A stretch of DNA of 64,000 nt from NCBI GenBank assembly GCA_044229975.1, contig JBGARZ010000014.1, positions 64,001 to 128,000 of the forward strand. The letters run 5' to 3'. The first letter of the stretch is position 1. Every line of letters starts with the position of its first letter. This document shows, one piece after another, positions 30,255 to 43,956 of this stretch. A model generated the notes under the pieces. That model was not told where the DNA came from and did not search any database. It was given only the letters and a program-made list of their open reading frames with translations. The translations under genes were made by a program, and so were the position numbers. This stretch comes from Polyangiales bacterium (lineage in GTDB: Bacteria; Myxococcota_A; Polyangia; Polyangiales; Ga0077539).

Positions 30255-30453
30255 GAAGAGGTCGAGCGTAGCAGTTGGTGTTCCGCGCGGTGATTCGCGG
30301 GCGTCTCCATCAGACCCATCGGGGCGCGCCATCGACGGTTGGCGATCATGGCGTCAACCATGGTTGCCGATGACATAGCCTGTCCTCGTCAATTGCCTTC
30401 TGGAACACTTCAAAATGGAGGTTCTGGCGAGGGTCTGCTAGACCGTCCGCGCG

Positions 30454-33096
<2,643 letters not shown>

Positions 33097-33108
33097 AGGA
33101 GGCTCAGC

Positions 33109-34026
33109 GTGTGGCGCGCCAGGGTGCTGGGACGGACGGCGTGGGCGGCGATGGTGCTGCACGGCGCCGCCGGTCTGGCGCAGGACGCTCCACCGCCACC
33201 GTGGTCGGGTTCGCCCACGCAGCCTGCGGGTGAGGTGACCGCGGAGGTTCCGCAGGCGCGGCGGTGGCCCACGACGGCGCCGCCGGTCGCGCGGCGCGAG
33301 ACGATCATCACGCGACGACCAGTGCAGCGCGGGTCGGAAGACCCTGGGATGACGCAGCACTTCCAGATGCCGTCGGCGGTGTTGCTGCGGTACGGCGACT
33401 TCGCGGGGATGTACCTCTCGCACCTCGGCTGGGTGGGGCTGCGCCGCGGGCTCACGCGATCGATCGACGTGGGCGTCGGGGTGCCGTTCTATTTCCTGGG
33501 GCTGTCGGTCGATGCGCGCGTGGGGTTCATCCAGCGCGACGGCGTGGCGGCGGCGTGGTGGGGTTACGCGACGATTCCCTTCGTCGGTGAAGGCGAGCGC
33601 CCGACGAGCCAGCTGGGCTTTACATGGTCCTACGCGGGGCTCGGCTGGGCCACGGGGCCGCTGCTCTCGCTCTGGAACGACCGCGTCGGCGTCCACGCCG
33701 GCGTGCATGTGGCGCAGCGCACTGGCCTCGGCGGCGCGTGGCTGCTCAGCCATGTGACTGCTGATGTGCGCATCATCGAGGGCATCAAGGTGCTGTTGCA
33801 GGGCGTGTCCTTCAACGAGCTCACGCCCGAGAAGAGCGACCTGGCGCGGCCGCTCGTGGGCAACGGATCGCTGCGCTGGCTGCCCTACGCGCTGGCTGGA
33901 GCGCGCTTCTACACGCGGCGGTTCTCGGCCGACATGGGAGTGCTCGCGCCGTTGTCGCCCGACTGCCCGCTGTGGTCGGAGCGGCTGGTGGTCATCCCGT
34001 GGGTCTCGCTGACACACCGGTTCTGA
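33109..34026 (+). CDS. Hypothetical exported protein, possible outer-membrane beta-barrel
   Basis: AAGGAGG RBS before GTG; signal peptide; alternating hydrophobic strands rich in Trp/Gly; C-terminal Phe. Confidence 0.6.
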   Translation: MWRARVLGRTAWAAMVLHGAAGLAQDAPPPPWSGSPTQPAGEVTAEVPQARRWPTTAPPVARRETIITRRPVQRGSEDPGMTQHFQMPSAVLLRYGDFAGMYLSHLGWVGLRRGLTRSIDVGVGVPFYFLGLSVDARVGFIQRDGVAAAWWGYATIPFVGEGERPTSQLGFTWSYAGLGWATGPLLSLWNDRVGVHAGVHVAQRTGLGGAWLLSHVTADVRIIEGIKVLLQGVSFNELTPEKSDLARPLVGNGSLRWLPYALAGARFYTRRFSADMGVLAPLSPDCPLWSERLVVIPWVSLTHRF

Positions 34027-34087
34027 CGATCATCGCTGACATCAATCTCGCAGCGAGCCCCGTGGCCCTGTTAGAGTCTCGGACACG

Positions 34088-36973
34088 ATGGCCGCACCTG
34101 CTGTTGGTATCGACCTTGGAACCACCAATTCCGTCGTCGCCGTCTCTGTCGGGGGTCGTCCCCAGGTACTCCCCGATGCGAGCGGCGGAACGCTGATTCC
34201 GTCGGTGGTGTCGTTCGCCGAAAACGGCGAGCGCATCGTCGGGAGGGCCGCGCGAATGCGTCGCGCCATCGACCCGCGCAACACCGTGTACTCGGTGAAG
34301 CGCCTGCTCGGTCGACCCTTCAAGAGCGAGGAGGTGCGCCGCGCCCGCTCGCGCATGCCCTTCGAGCTCAAGGAGGGCGCCGACAGCTCGGTGATCGTGT
34401 CGACCCGCGGGGGCGATCACGCGCTGCCAGAGCTCTCCGCCATGGTGCTGCGCGAGGCGCGGCGCATCGCCGAGATGGGCCTGCAGGACAAGGTCGATCG
34501 CTGCGTCATCACGGTGCCCGCCAACTTCAACGAGCTGCAACGGTCGAGCACCAAGGTGGCCGGCCGCATCGCGGAGCTCGAGGTGGTGCGCATCCTCAAC
34601 GAGCCCACGGCGGCGGCGCTGGCCTACGGCTACGGGCGCGGCACGCGCGAGAAGATCTGCATCTACGACTTCGGCGGCGGCACCTTCGACGTGACGCTGC
34701 TGGAGCTGTCGGGCAACGTCTTCGAGGTGCTCGCGACGGCGGGCGACACCTTCCTCGGCGGCGACGACATCGACATCGCCATCACCGACTCGCTGCTCCA
34801 GAACTTCCAGCGCACGACCTCGCTCGACCCGCTGCAAGACCGGGTGCTCTACGACATCCTGCGCGACGCCGCGGAGACCGCGAAGTGCGAGCTCTCGTCG
34901 CGCGACCAGAGCCGCATCGGGGTGGACATCACGCTGCCCGATGGTCGCCCGGTGAAGTTCGCGCAGGGGCTCTCCCGCCTGGAGCTCGAACGCCTCTCCG
35001 GCACCTTCATCTCCCGCACCTTCGACGTGTGCTCCGAGGCGCTCAAGCTCGCGGGGCTCCGTCCGAGCGACCTCACCGCCGTGATCCTCGTCGGCGGCAG
35101 CACGCGCATCCCGACGGTGCGCTCGCGGGTGTCGTCGTTCTTCGGCCGCGAGCCGCTCACCAACCTTCCTCCCGAGGAGGTCGTCGCGCTTGGTGCGTCC
35201 ATCCTCGCCGAGGCGCTCACGGGCGGTTCGCGCAAGGGTCCCACCACCCGTCCCATCACCGGCACTCACGGCGCGCCGCAGCGCTCCAACACGGGGCCTG
35301 GTCCTCGCCCTCCCGCGACGGCGGCGGGCGTGCCGGGTCAGCATGGTCCGGAGGTCAGTGCGCCGGGCCCGAGTCGCACGACGCTGACCGGCGTCGGAGA
35401 AGACTCCGGCGCGCACACGATGCCCAAGGCGCCCATCGTGGTGCCGCCGCCCGTTCCCAACAGCGCGCTGCGCGGGTCGACCAAGCCGCCTCCGCTCCCT
35501 GGTCGTCCGCCCCCTCCGGTGCCCACGCAGGCGAAGCCCGCGGCGCGCAACTCGATGGAGCTCGACGACCCGTTCTCCGACCTCAGCAACGCCACGATGA
35601 TGTCGCCGTCGCCGATGGAGCGAACGGTGGCGCAAGAGGCGCCCGGTGGTCTCGGTCAGCTCGACGAGCCGTCGTTCATGGGTCGCCTCAAGAACGACCC
35701 CACGGTCGCCATCTCGGTGCCGGTGCCGGCGTTCAACCTCGACGACCCGTCGGTGGTCGGCCCGCTGCCCACCTCCGACCCGCACCTGCCGTCGGTGAAG
35801 GACCACTCCAGTCCCCTCATCACCCCGCCGCCGCTCCGGCAAAACCTCCCGGTGGCCAAGCCCATCGCGGCCAGCCCGGTCGTCCCGCCGCCGCCACGGC
35901 AGCCACCCGCTCCGCCGCAGCAGTCGGCGCCCATCCATCCGCCGCCCCCGCCGCGCCCACAACCGCCGCAGAACACGGGTGGCCTGCGCCCCGAGATCGC
36001 CTCGGTGCTGCCGCCCGCCATCGCCGCGGCCATCAGCACGCCGCGCTCGACGCTGGAGTCGACGACCAACCCGGGCCGCTCGATCAACGAGCCCTCGGTC
36101 CCGTCGTTTCACCTCGACGACGCCATGTTCGGCGGCGGCGACCGCTCCAACCCTGGCGTGAAGATCGGCACCGAGGCGTCGTTTCCCGGCGTGCGGGTCG
36201 AGCCTTCGACGCCCATCGCGGGCGGCGACAAGGACGTCTCCATCCCGTCGTTCCGCATCGACACCGAGGAGATCTTCGGGTCGTCGGTCGGCAACGCCGC
36301 GACGCTCATCGCCAAGGGCCCGTCGGCGTCGTTTCCCATCGACGAGATGACCCGCGCGATGCCCACCTCGGGCAACACCACCCAGAAGGTCGCCGCCGTC
36401 GCGCCTCCGGTGATGGGTCCGGCCCCGACGTATCCGCCCCCTCCGTCGCCGTCCCAGTATCCGCCGCCTGCCTACGGCGGCGCCGGTTCGATGCCGCCGG
36501 GCTCCATGCCTCCGCCCTCGATGGCGCCGCCCAGCATGCGCCCGATGGCGGCCCCGCTGCTCCTCGACGTGACGCCCTTCAGCCTCGGGGTCGAGACCGC
36601 GGGCGGGCTCTGTGAGTCGGTGATTCGCCGCAACGCGACCATCCCGGTGGAGCAGACCCGCAACTTCGCCACCACCAACGACCAGCAGGACTCGGTCATC
36701 ATTCGCATCGCGCAGGGCGAGTCGCGGCGCTTCGCGGACAACCAGGCCCTCGGCGAGCTGGAGCTCACCAACCTCCGGCCCGCGGCCCGCGGCGAGGTCG
36801 TCGTCGCGGTCACCTTCGAGCTCGAAGCCGACGGCACGCTCCGCGTCCGCGCCAAGGACCTCGAGACCGGCTACGAGCAGGCCGTCCGGGTCAACCTCCT
36901 GACCATCCCGTCGGAGTCGTCGCAGATGGACATGGCCGCTCGCAATCGCAGCGCCGTCGTTCCGGTGCCCTGA
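34088..36973 (+). CDS. Atypical Hsp70/DnaK-family protein with a long Pro-rich NBD-SBD insert and no lid
   Basis: [76 protein letters not shown] appears ~440 aa later. Confidence 0.92.
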   Translation: MAAPAVGIDLGTTNSVVAVSVGGRPQVLPDASGGTLIPSVVSFAENGERIVGRAARMRRAIDPRNTVYSVKRLLGRPFKSEEVRRARSRMPFELKEGADSSVIVSTRGGDHALPELSAMVLREARRIAEMGLQDKVDRCVITVPANFNELQRSSTKVAGRIAELEVVRILNEPTAAALAYGYGRGTREKICIYDFGGGTFDVTLLELSGNVFEVLATAGDTFLGGDDIDIAITDSLLQNFQRTTSLDPLQDRVLYDILRDAAETAKCELSSRDQSRIGVDITLPDGRPVKFAQGLSRLELERLSGTFISRTFDVCSEALKLAGLRPSDLTAVILVGGSTRIPTVRSRVSSFFGREPLTNLPPEEVVALGASILAEALTGGSRKGPTTRPITGTHGAPQRSNTGPGPRPPATAAGVPGQHGPEVSAPGPSRTTLTGVGEDSGAHTMPKAPIVVPPPVPNSALRGSTKPPPLPGRPPPPVPTQAKPAARNSMELDDPFSDLSNATMMSPSPMERTVAQEAPGGLGQLDEPSFMGRLKNDPTVAISVPVPAFNLDDPSVVGPLPTSDPHLPSVKDHSSPLITPPPLRQNLPVAKPIAASPVVPPPPRQPPAPPQQSAPIHPPPPPRPQPPQNTGGLRPEIASVLPPAIAAAISTPRSTLESTTNPGRSINEPSVPSFHLDDAMFGGGDRSNPGVKIGTEASFPGVRVEPSTPIAGGDKDVSIPSFRIDTEEIFGSSVGNAATLIAKGPSASFPIDEMTRAMPTSGNTTQKVAAVAPPVMGPAPTYPPPPSPSQYPPPAYGGAGSMPPGSMPPPSMAPPSMRPMAAPLLLDVTPFSLGVETAGGLCESVIRRNATIPVEQTRNFATTNDQQDSVIIRIAQGESRRFADNQALGELELTNLRPAARGEVVVAVTFELEADGTLRVRAKDLETGYEQAVRVNLLTIPSESSQMDMAARNRSAVVPVP

Positions 36974-37488
36974 TGCTCTCCGACCGCGTCCTCGCCGAGA
37001 ACCTCGATCGCATCGACTACTACACCCTGCTGGGTGTGGCCCGTGATGCGCCGCTCGCCCAGATCCGCGACGCGTTTCACAAGTTTGCGATCAGGTTTCA
37101 CCCCGACCAGCACGTCGACGACGTCGACACCCAGCAGCGCGTCCTCAAGATCTTCAAGCGCGGCTCGGAGGGCTACCGGGTGCTCCTCGACCCGGTGCTG
37201 CGCGCTCGCTACGACGCCGCGCTCGCGCGGGGCGAGTCGCGCCTCACGCCCGACACCGAGCGCGTGAAGGTGGTCGGCGAGGCGAAGGTGAGCGCCGTCG
37301 CCGAAGAACCACTGCCCGCCGATGTGCAGCCGCTCTACCTCCAGATCTCCGAGAGCCTGCGCCGCGGCGACGTGAAGAACGCCAAGGCCTTCCTCATGCT
37401 GCTCGGCCGCAAGTCCAACCACCCGAAGGTGCAGGCGCTCGCCAAGGATGTGCTCGAAGCGGAGAAGAACCTCCTCCGCCGTCGTTAG
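36973..37488 (+). CDS. J-domain (DnaJ-type) co-chaperone
   Basis: DYYTLLGV, FHPD, EGYRVL.DP..RARYD; TGATG overlap with Hsp70. Confidence 0.9.
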   Translation: MLSDRVLAENLDRIDYYTLLGVARDAPLAQIRDAFHKFAIRFHPDQHVDDVDTQQRVLKIFKRGSEGYRVLLDPVLRARYDAALARGESRLTPDTERVKVVGEAKVSAVAEEPLPADVQPLYLQISESLRRGDVKNAKAFLMLLGRKSNHPKVQALAKDVLEAEKNLLRRR

Positions 37489-37552
37489 CCTGTGTCTGTC
37501 GGTGTTTCGGGGGATCGTATGAGGGGCATACGATCGGTGGTGCGGCGGGGAG

Positions 37553-38221
37553 CTACTTCTTGAGTCGGGCCTTCAGGGCCGCGAGCTCGTCTTCCAATCC
37601 GTCGCCGGTCTCGCCCCGCTCCAGCTTGCGGAAGCGCTCCTCCAGCGAGTGCTTCTTCGGGTCTTCGATGACGTCGTGCGCCTCGACCTCGGCCTCCATC
37701 GCGTCGATGCGCTCCTGCATCTCGCGCAGCCGACCGACCGCCCCGGCGTTGCTGCCACCGACCGGGTTGCCACCGGCGGCGCGGGCCTGGGCCACCTGCG
37801 AGGAGAGGGTGTTCTTCCGGGCCTTGAGCTCTTCGAGCTTGCGCTCCAACTGCTCGATGGTGGCGCGCAGCTCGGACACGTAGCTGGCCTGCTGCTCCTT
37901 GAGCTTGTCGGTGTCGAGCGCGTCGGTCTCGTTCTTCTTCTTGCGCTTGAGGGCCTCCTTCGCGAGCTCCTCGTCGCCCTGCTCCAGGGCCAGCATGGCG
38001 CGGCGCTCCCAGCTCGACGCCTCTTCCAACTGGTCGCGCTGCTTCTTCTCCAGGTGCTTGACCGACGCGAGCGACGAGACGACCTCCTGGCGGGCCTTCT
38101 TGAGCTCCTCGGTCATGTCATCGATGGTCTGCGCGAGCACCTTGGCGGGGTCTTCCGCCTTGTCGATGAGCGCGTTGATGTTCGACTTCACGGCGCGGCT
38201 GAAGCGGTCGACGATTCCCAT
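37553..38221 (-). CDS. pspA: PspA/IM30 family protein
   Basis: MGIVDRFSRAVKSNINALIDKAEDP, WERRAMLAL..G.EELAKEAL, EDELAALKARL. Confidence 0.93.
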   Translation of the reverse strand: MGIVDRFSRAVKSNINALIDKAEDPAKVLAQTIDDMTEELKKARQEVVSSLASVKHLEKKQRDQLEEASSWERRAMLALEQGDEELAKEALKRKKKNETDALDTDKLKEQQASYVSELRATIEQLERKLEELKARKNTLSSQVAQARAAGGNPVGGSNAGAVGRLREMQERIDAMEAEVEAHDVIEDPKKHSLEERFRKLERGETGDGLEDELAALKARLKK

Positions 38222-38311
38222 GGCGGCGTTGAACTCCCGGTCTGAACACGATGCAGACGCGACCCGATCGTTGCATCGCCCCCGTGACGTGTCCAGGGTC
38301 AGCGTCGGCCT

Positions 38312-39337
38312 TCAGTCGCGCCCGCCCTGACCGAGCGCGCTGAGCATCGCGGAGCTGCTCGACGAGGACGGCGCGGCCACGAGCACCCGGCTGTCGGCGC
38401 GGCGAGAGAGCGCGCGCATGCCCTCGGATCCCCAGGTCACCACGCCACCGCCCGCCTGCTTGGCAGCGTACATGGCCGCGTCGCTGCACTGGAGCAGCTC
38501 GTCGGCCTCGTGCCCGTGGTCGGGGAAGTACGCGACGCCGATGCTTGCGTTGACCTCCAGGTGCAGCGTGTCGCCCGCCGTCGTCGCGAAGCGCAGCGGC
38601 TCGACCAGCGCCCGCAGCAGCTTGGCCGCGACCTGGCGCGCCGAGGCGAGGTCGCCGACGTTTTCCACCACGCACACGAACTCGTCGCCGCCCCAGCGCG
38701 CGACGGTGTCCGACGAGCGCAGGGACGCGCGCATGCGACCCGCGATGGCGCAGAGCACCGCGTCGCCGACGTGGTGGCCGTAGCGATCGTTGATGGGCTT
38801 GAAGCGGTCGAGGTCGACGAAGATCACGGCGAGGCGCTCGTCGAGGCGCTGCGCGCGGCGCACGGCCGTCTGCAAGCGGTCGGCGGCGAGGAGGCGGTTG
38901 GGCAGGCCGGTGAGCTCGTCGTGCAGCGCCGCGGAGGCGACGACCTGCACGAGCTGCGACCGCGCGATGGCGTGGGCGAGGGCGCGATCGAGCATCGCGG
39001 GGCTGAACTCACCCTTCACCAGGAAGTCCTGCGCGCCCTGCTGGAGGGCCTGCATGCCGATCTGCTGATCGTCCATTCCGCTCAGCACCACGCAGGGCAG
39101 GCGCGCGGTGTGGCGGCGGGCGTTGAGGAAGGTCTGGAGCCCGTTGCTGTCAGGGACGTTGAGGTCGAGCACGACCACGTCGGGCTGTCGCGCCTCCATC
39201 GCGGCGGCGAGCTCGGCGAGGCACTCGATGGTGTGCACCTCGTAGCGGGTCGTCGTGCTCCGGCGCAGGGTGCGTAGGAACACGAGCCGGTCGACGGCGT
39301 CGTCTTCCAGCAACAGCACGCGCACCACGTTCTCCAT
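38312..39337 (-). CDS. REC-GGDEF diguanylate cyclase response regulator
   Basis: LLLEDD, LDLNVPD, GAQDFLVK receiver; HDELTGLPNR, DLDRFKPIND, I-site RSSD, GGDEF. Confidence 0.92.
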   Translation of the reverse strand: MENVVRVLLLEDDAVDRLVFLRTLRRSTTTRYEVHTIECLAELAAAMEARQPDVVVLDLNVPDSNGLQTFLNARRHTARLPCVVLSGMDDQQIGMQALQQGAQDFLVKGEFSPAMLDRALAHAIARSQLVQVVASAALHDELTGLPNRLLAADRLQTAVRRAQRLDERLAVIFVDLDRFKPINDRYGHHVGDAVLCAIAGRMRASLRSSDTVARWGGDEFVCVVENVGDLASARQVAAKLLRALVEPLRFATTAGDTLHLEVNASIGVAYFPDHGHEADELLQCSDAAMYAAKQAGGGVVTWGSEGMRALSRRADSRVLVAAPSSSSSSAMLSALGQGGRD

Positions 39338-39627
39338 GAGTCGTCACCTCCGCCTATCCCTCAACGGTTGAAAAGCTAGAGCCGGCACAGCGCAGACCGC
39401 AACCCCTCGTACGCCGACCGAAGGCGTCTGGTTGAGCCTATTTCTTCGCGGATTCAGGCGCGACACGGCCGTCACGGTGTCGACGCTGGAGACCACAGTG
39501 TCGAGTGACAGGAAGGGCGATGTGGGGCGGAGTCAGCGAGCACGAAACTTGTCCGTTGACGAGAACGCGCGGGCCGTGGTCCCTAGTTTGCGCGGCGCTG
39601 GCGGTGCCGGCGCCACGGAGGAGACGC

Positions 39628-40053
39628 ATGTCGATGTTGCAGTTCGGGAGCACGGGGAGCGCGGTTCGCCATCTTCAATCGGCGCTGGTGGCGCAGGGCT
39701 ATGAGCTCGACGTCGACGGCGACTTCGGCGATGCCACCGACGCGGCGGTGAGGCACTTTCAGGACAACAACAACCTCGACGTCGACGGTGTCGCCGGCCC
39801 CGCCACGCTGGCGGCGCTGGGCATCGCGACGCACTCACACCAGTCGTCGTCGCACCCGCAGCTCGAGCTCGGGTCGCAGGGGCGCGCAGTGCGCCAGCTC
39901 CAGGAAGCGCTCGTCGAGCAGGGATGGGAGATCGACGTCGACGGCGACTTCGGCCCGGGCACCGACGAGGCAGTGCGGGAGTTTCAGGAAGAGAACGAGC
40001 TCGACGTCGACGGCATCGTCGGCCCCGCGACCTGGGCCGCGCTCGGGTTCTAG
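39628..40053 (+). CDS. Small protein with two peptidoglycan-binding (PG_binding_1) domains
   Basis: Two copies of L.LGS.G.AV..LQ.AL...VDGDFG..TD.AV..FQ....L.VDG..GP.T..AL; GGAGGA RBS. Confidence 0.88.
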   Translation: MSMLQFGSTGSAVRHLQSALVAQGYELDVDGDFGDATDAAVRHFQDNNNLDVDGVAGPATLAALGIATHSHQSSSHPQLELGSQGRAVRQLQEALVEQGWEIDVDGDFGPGTDEAVREFQEENELDVDGIVGPATWAALGF

Positions 40054-41408
40054 CCCTTCTCCGGGGCCACCGGCGCGATCGGTGTCCCCAACGCCTCCAT
40101 CACCATCCTCGCGACCGACAACGCTCGCACGTCCTCCCAGCGAGGCGTGATGAGCTGCACGCCCACGGGCAATCCTCCGGGTTGCGGCCACACCGGGATG
40201 GTCGTCGCCGGGTGCCCGCTGGCATTGAACACCGCCGTGTACGCGCCGAGCGGAGCGGCCTCGTCGAGGAGGGTCTGCGGCGCGTCCTGCGTCCACGTGC
40301 CCACCCGCGGCGGGGCCACGGCCACGGTGGGCGTCACCCACAGGTCGGCGTCGCCAAACCACGCGTCGATGCGCGCGCGAAACATCTCGCGACGGGCCAT
40401 CGCGAAGGCGAAATCCACGGCGCCTGCCGGGTCGCGGAGGAGCTTGGTCGTCCCCTGCAAACCCGCCTCGGAGGGCACGAACATCCCGCGCGCCAGGTAT
40501 CGGAACATCGGCATGAACTCCTCGACCGTTCCGACGAAGCAGTCCGCCTCTTCGACGTCGTGACCCTGTGCGGCGAGCAGACGCACCACCTTGAGGACGG
40601 CGTCGTTGACCTCCGGGGCCGTCGCGATCACCGCGTTGTGGGTCGTGTAGCGCACGCGCAACCGGCCGGGCGGTCGACGGACTGCGGGCAGGAATTCCTC
40701 GCGTCCGATGAGCACGTCCATGAGGGCCGCGGCGTCGTCGACGCTGCGCGCGTGCGGGCCGACCACGGAGAGTTCGAGCTTCTCGAAGGGCGCGAAGGGG
40801 TTGGGCAGCAGACCGCGGGTCGGCTTGTGACCGACGAGCCCGCAGAAGGCAGCGGGGATGCGAATGGAGCCCGCGCCGTCACTCGCGACGGCGATCGGGA
40901 GCATGCCAGCGGCGATGGCGGCGGATGACCCGCCCGAGGAGCCACCCGAGTAGCGCGAGAGGTCCCACGGGTTGCGCGTCGGAGGATGGGTGTCCGTGTC
41001 GACGAAGGGGAGGATCGCGAGCTCGGAGGTGGAGAGCTTGCCGGTGAGCACCATGCCGGCGCGGCGGACGGCGGCGGTGCTCAGGTCGTCCATCGGCGTC
41101 CAGAGGTAGCGGAAGGCGCGCGAGCCGAGGCGGGTGAAGGTTCCGCGGGCCATGTGGAGGTCCTTCATCGCCGTGGGCAGACCCCAGAGGGGACTACGGC
41201 GGGCGTTGCGGTCGCGCAGGCGCTCTCGATCGAGGGCGCGAGCGGTCGCGACGGCGCGGCGGGGGATCTGTTGGACGAAGGCGTTGAGCGAACGATCGCG
41301 GCGGGCGATGCGATCGAGGTACGCGCGGGTGAGCTCCTCGACGGAGACGGCGCCGTCGCGCAGGAGCGTGGACTGGTCGAGGGCCGATCGGTCGAGGAGG
41401 TCGTTCAT
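40050..41408 (-). CDS. Amidase signature family protein
   Basis: PLWGLPTAMKD, TRNPWD, GGSSGGS, SDGAGSIRIPAAFCGLVGHKP, GLPVGVQL. Confidence 0.93.
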   Translation of the reverse strand: MNDLLDRSALDQSTLLRDGAVSVEELTRAYLDRIARRDRSLNAFVQQIPRRAVATARALDRERLRDRNARRSPLWGLPTAMKDLHMARGTFTRLGSRAFRYLWTPMDDLSTAAVRRAGMVLTGKLSTSELAILPFVDTDTHPPTRNPWDLSRYSGGSSGGSSAAIAAGMLPIAVASDGAGSIRIPAAFCGLVGHKPTRGLLPNPFAPFEKLELSVVGPHARSVDDAAALMDVLIGREEFLPAVRRPPGRLRVRYTTHNAVIATAPEVNDAVLKVVRLLAAQGHDVEEADCFVGTVEEFMPMFRYLARGMFVPSEAGLQGTTKLLRDPAGAVDFAFAMARREMFRARIDAWFGDADLWVTPTVAVAPPRVGTWTQDAPQTLLDEAAPLGAYTAVFNASGHPATTIPVWPQPGGLPVGVQLITPRWEDVRALSVARMVMEALGTPIAPVAPEKG

Positions 41409-41474
41409 GGCGGCGGGAGCGGACACTCCATCGGACCATGCGCAGACGCAACGGTGCGGGGGTAACCTGTCGCC

Positions 41475-42221
41475 ATGAGCCTCTCGGTGCGAGTCGTCGG
41501 CGTCGGCGATGCGTTTACGTCGCGGTACTACAACGCGTGCCTGCTGGTGGAGGCCGACGACACGAGGTTGCTCATCGACGCTCCGCCCGCGCTCGCCCGC
41601 GCGTTGCGTGAGCTCGGCGACCGCGGCGGCCCGGTGATCGGCCTCGACGACGTCGACCATGTGCTCATCACGCACCTGCACGGTGATCACATGGGCGGTC
41701 TGGAGCAGCTCCTCTTCTGGCGGCACTTCGTCACGCGCAAAAAAACCACGGTGCACGCCATCCCGGAGGTTCTCGCGGGGCTCTGGGAGCACCGGCTGCG
41801 CGGCGGCATGGACGTGCTGATGGACGCCGACGGCGCGCGTCATCCGCTCACGTTGGAGGACTACGCCGAGGTGCGACCGATGCCCGCGGCGGGCGAGGCG
41901 TTCGGCATCGGTGCGCTCACGGTGGAGTGGCGGCCGACGGTGCACCACATCCCCACGTCGGCGCTGCGGCTGAGCGCCAATGGCAGGTCCGTCGGATACA
42001 GCGCAGACACGGCCTTCGATCCGTCGCTCATCGCGTGGCTCGCGCGCTCCGACCTCCTCCTGCACGAGACCAACTACGGCACGCACACCCCGCTGGCGAG
42101 CCTGGTCACGGTCGAGTCCGCGGTGCGCGATCGCATGCGGCTCATCCACTACTCCGACCTCCACGACGTCGACGCCTCGCCCATCGCGTGTGCTCGCGAG
42201 GGCGACCGCTACGAACCGTAG
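41475..42221 (+). CDS. MBL-fold metallo-hydrolase (RNase Z-like)
   Basis: GVGDAF, THLHGDH, YSADT, LHE, HT. Confidence 0.88.
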   Translation: MSLSVRVVGVGDAFTSRYYNACLLVEADDTRLLIDAPPALARALRELGDRGGPVIGLDDVDHVLITHLHGDHMGGLEQLLFWRHFVTRKKTTVHAIPEVLAGLWEHRLRGGMDVLMDADGARHPLTLEDYAEVRPMPAAGEAFGIGALTVEWRPTVHHIPTSALRLSANGRSVGYSADTAFDPSLIAWLARSDLLLHETNYGTHTPLASLVTVESAVRDRMRLIHYSDLHDVDASPIACAREGDRYEP

Positions 42222-42243
42222 GAGGCGTGCGACACTGGCGCCC

Positions 42244-43953
42244 GTGAGCGCATCATTCGACTACGACGTGCTGGTCGTCGGCTCGGGCTTCGGCGGCTCG
42301 GTGTCGGCCCTGCGCCTGACGGAGAAGGGCTACCGGGTCTGCGTCATGGAGCGCGGGCCCCGCTGGAAGCCGCAGGACTTCCCCAAGACCAACTGGAACC
42401 TCCGCAAGGCCCTCTGGATGCCCGCGCTGGGGTGTTTTGGCATCTTGCGGTTGTCGTTCATGTCGGACGTGTTCGTGCTCTCGGGGGCGGGCGTCGGGGG
42501 TGGGTCGCTCGTCTACGCCAACACGCTCTACGTGCCGCCCAACGCCTTCTTCGAGGCGTCGCAGTGGGCCGCGATGCGCGACTGGAAGAGCGCGCTGATG
42601 CCGCACTACCGGGTCGCGCAGTTCATGCTGGGCGTCACGCAGAACCGCTTCGAGTCCGAGCCCGACCGCGTGTTGCAGTCGGTGGCCAAGGACCTCGGGC
42701 GCGGCGATACCTACGTGACGACGCCCGTCGCCGTGTACTTCGGCAGCGCCAACCAGACGACGCCCGACCCGTACTTCAATGGCGCCGGACCAGACCGAAC
42801 GGGCTGCAACCACTGCGGCGGCTGCATGGTCGGCTGCCGCTTCGGCGCCAAGAACACCCTCGATCGCAACTACCTCTACTTCGCCGAGAAGCTCGGCGCG
42901 GAGGTGAAGCCCATGCGAACCGTGGTCGACGTGAAGGCCCTGCCCGATGGTGGATACGCCGTCACGCACGAGGCGACGGGCGCGTGGTTTGCGCGCGATC
43001 GGCAGGTGACCACCGCGCGCCGCGTGGTGCTCTCGGCGGGCGTGCTCGGCACGGTGAAGCTGCTGCTGGAGAGCAAGGATCGCGGGTCGCTGCCCAACGT
43101 CTCGAACATGCTCGGGGGCCTGGTGCGGACCAACAGCGAGGCCATCCTCGGGGTGAGCACGCCGAAGCCGACGGAGAAGTGGTCGCGGGGCATCGCCATC
43201 ACGTCGTCGATGCACCCCGACGAGCGAACGCACATCGAGGTGGTGCGGTACAGCGAGGGGAGCGACGCGCTGGTTCCGTTGTCGACGCTGCTGACGGACG
43301 GCGGCAGCGGGGCGCCGCGGTGGCTGAAATGGATGGGCAACGTCGCGCGCCAGCCGGTGACCTTCGTGAAGAGCCTGTGGCCCTTCGGGTGGGCCAAGCG
43401 GGGCGTGTTCCTGCTGGTGATGCAGACGCTCGACAACTCCATCGCGCTGCGGCTGCGTCGCACCTGGCGCACGCTCTGGAGCCGCGCGCTCGACACCGAC
43501 CGCGGCGAAGGAGAGCCCAACCCCTCGTACATCCCGCTGGCCAATCAGCTCGCGCGGGTGTTTGCGGGGAAGGTCAACGGCGTTCCGCAGTCGTCCATCA
43601 TGGAGGTGCTGTTCAACACGCCGACGACGGCGCACATCCTCGGCGGCGCGCCCATCGGCGACTCCCCGACGACGGGCGTCATCGACGGGCGCAACGAGGT
43701 GTTCGGGCACCCGGGGCTGTACGTGTGCGACGGGTCGATGATCCCGGCGAACCTCGGCGTGAACCCGAGCCTCACCATCACCGCGCTCACCGAGCACGCG
43801 ATGAGCCAGATTCCTGCGAAGGATGGGGCGGAAGTGAGGCACGCGGTGGACCCGGAGTTTCAGGCGAAGCGCGTGGCGGAGATCGAAGCGCTGTCGGTCG
43901 AGACGGGGAGCGCGTCGCTGCAACGGCACCTGCCGATACACGCCGGGGAGTGA
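42244..43953 (+). CDS. GMC oxidoreductase, cholesterol oxidase ChoD-like
   Basis: VVGSGFGGSVSALRLTEKGY, GAGVGGGSLVYAN, CNHCGGCMVGC, TAHILGG, NLGVNPSLTITAL; GTG start 42244. Confidence 0.9.
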   Translation: MSASFDYDVLVVGSGFGGSVSALRLTEKGYRVCVMERGPRWKPQDFPKTNWNLRKALWMPALGCFGILRLSFMSDVFVLSGAGVGGGSLVYANTLYVPPNAFFEASQWAAMRDWKSALMPHYRVAQFMLGVTQNRFESEPDRVLQSVAKDLGRGDTYVTTPVAVYFGSANQTTPDPYFNGAGPDRTGCNHCGGCMVGCRFGAKNTLDRNYLYFAEKLGAEVKPMRTVVDVKALPDGGYAVTHEATGAWFARDRQVTTARRVVLSAGVLGTVKLLLESKDRGSLPNVSNMLGGLVRTNSEAILGVSTPKPTEKWSRGIAITSSMHPDERTHIEVVRYSEGSDALVPLSTLLTDGGSGAPRWLKWMGNVARQPVTFVKSLWPFGWAKRGVFLLVMQTLDNSIALRLRRTWRTLWSRALDTDRGEGEPNPSYIPLANQLARVFAGKVNGVPQSSIMEVLFNTPTTAHILGGAPIGDSPTTGVIDGRNEVFGHPGLYVCDGSMIPANLGVNPSLTITALTEHAMSQIPAKDGAEVRHAVDPEFQAKRVAEIEALSVETGSASLQRHLPIHAGE

Positions 43954-43956
43954 GAC

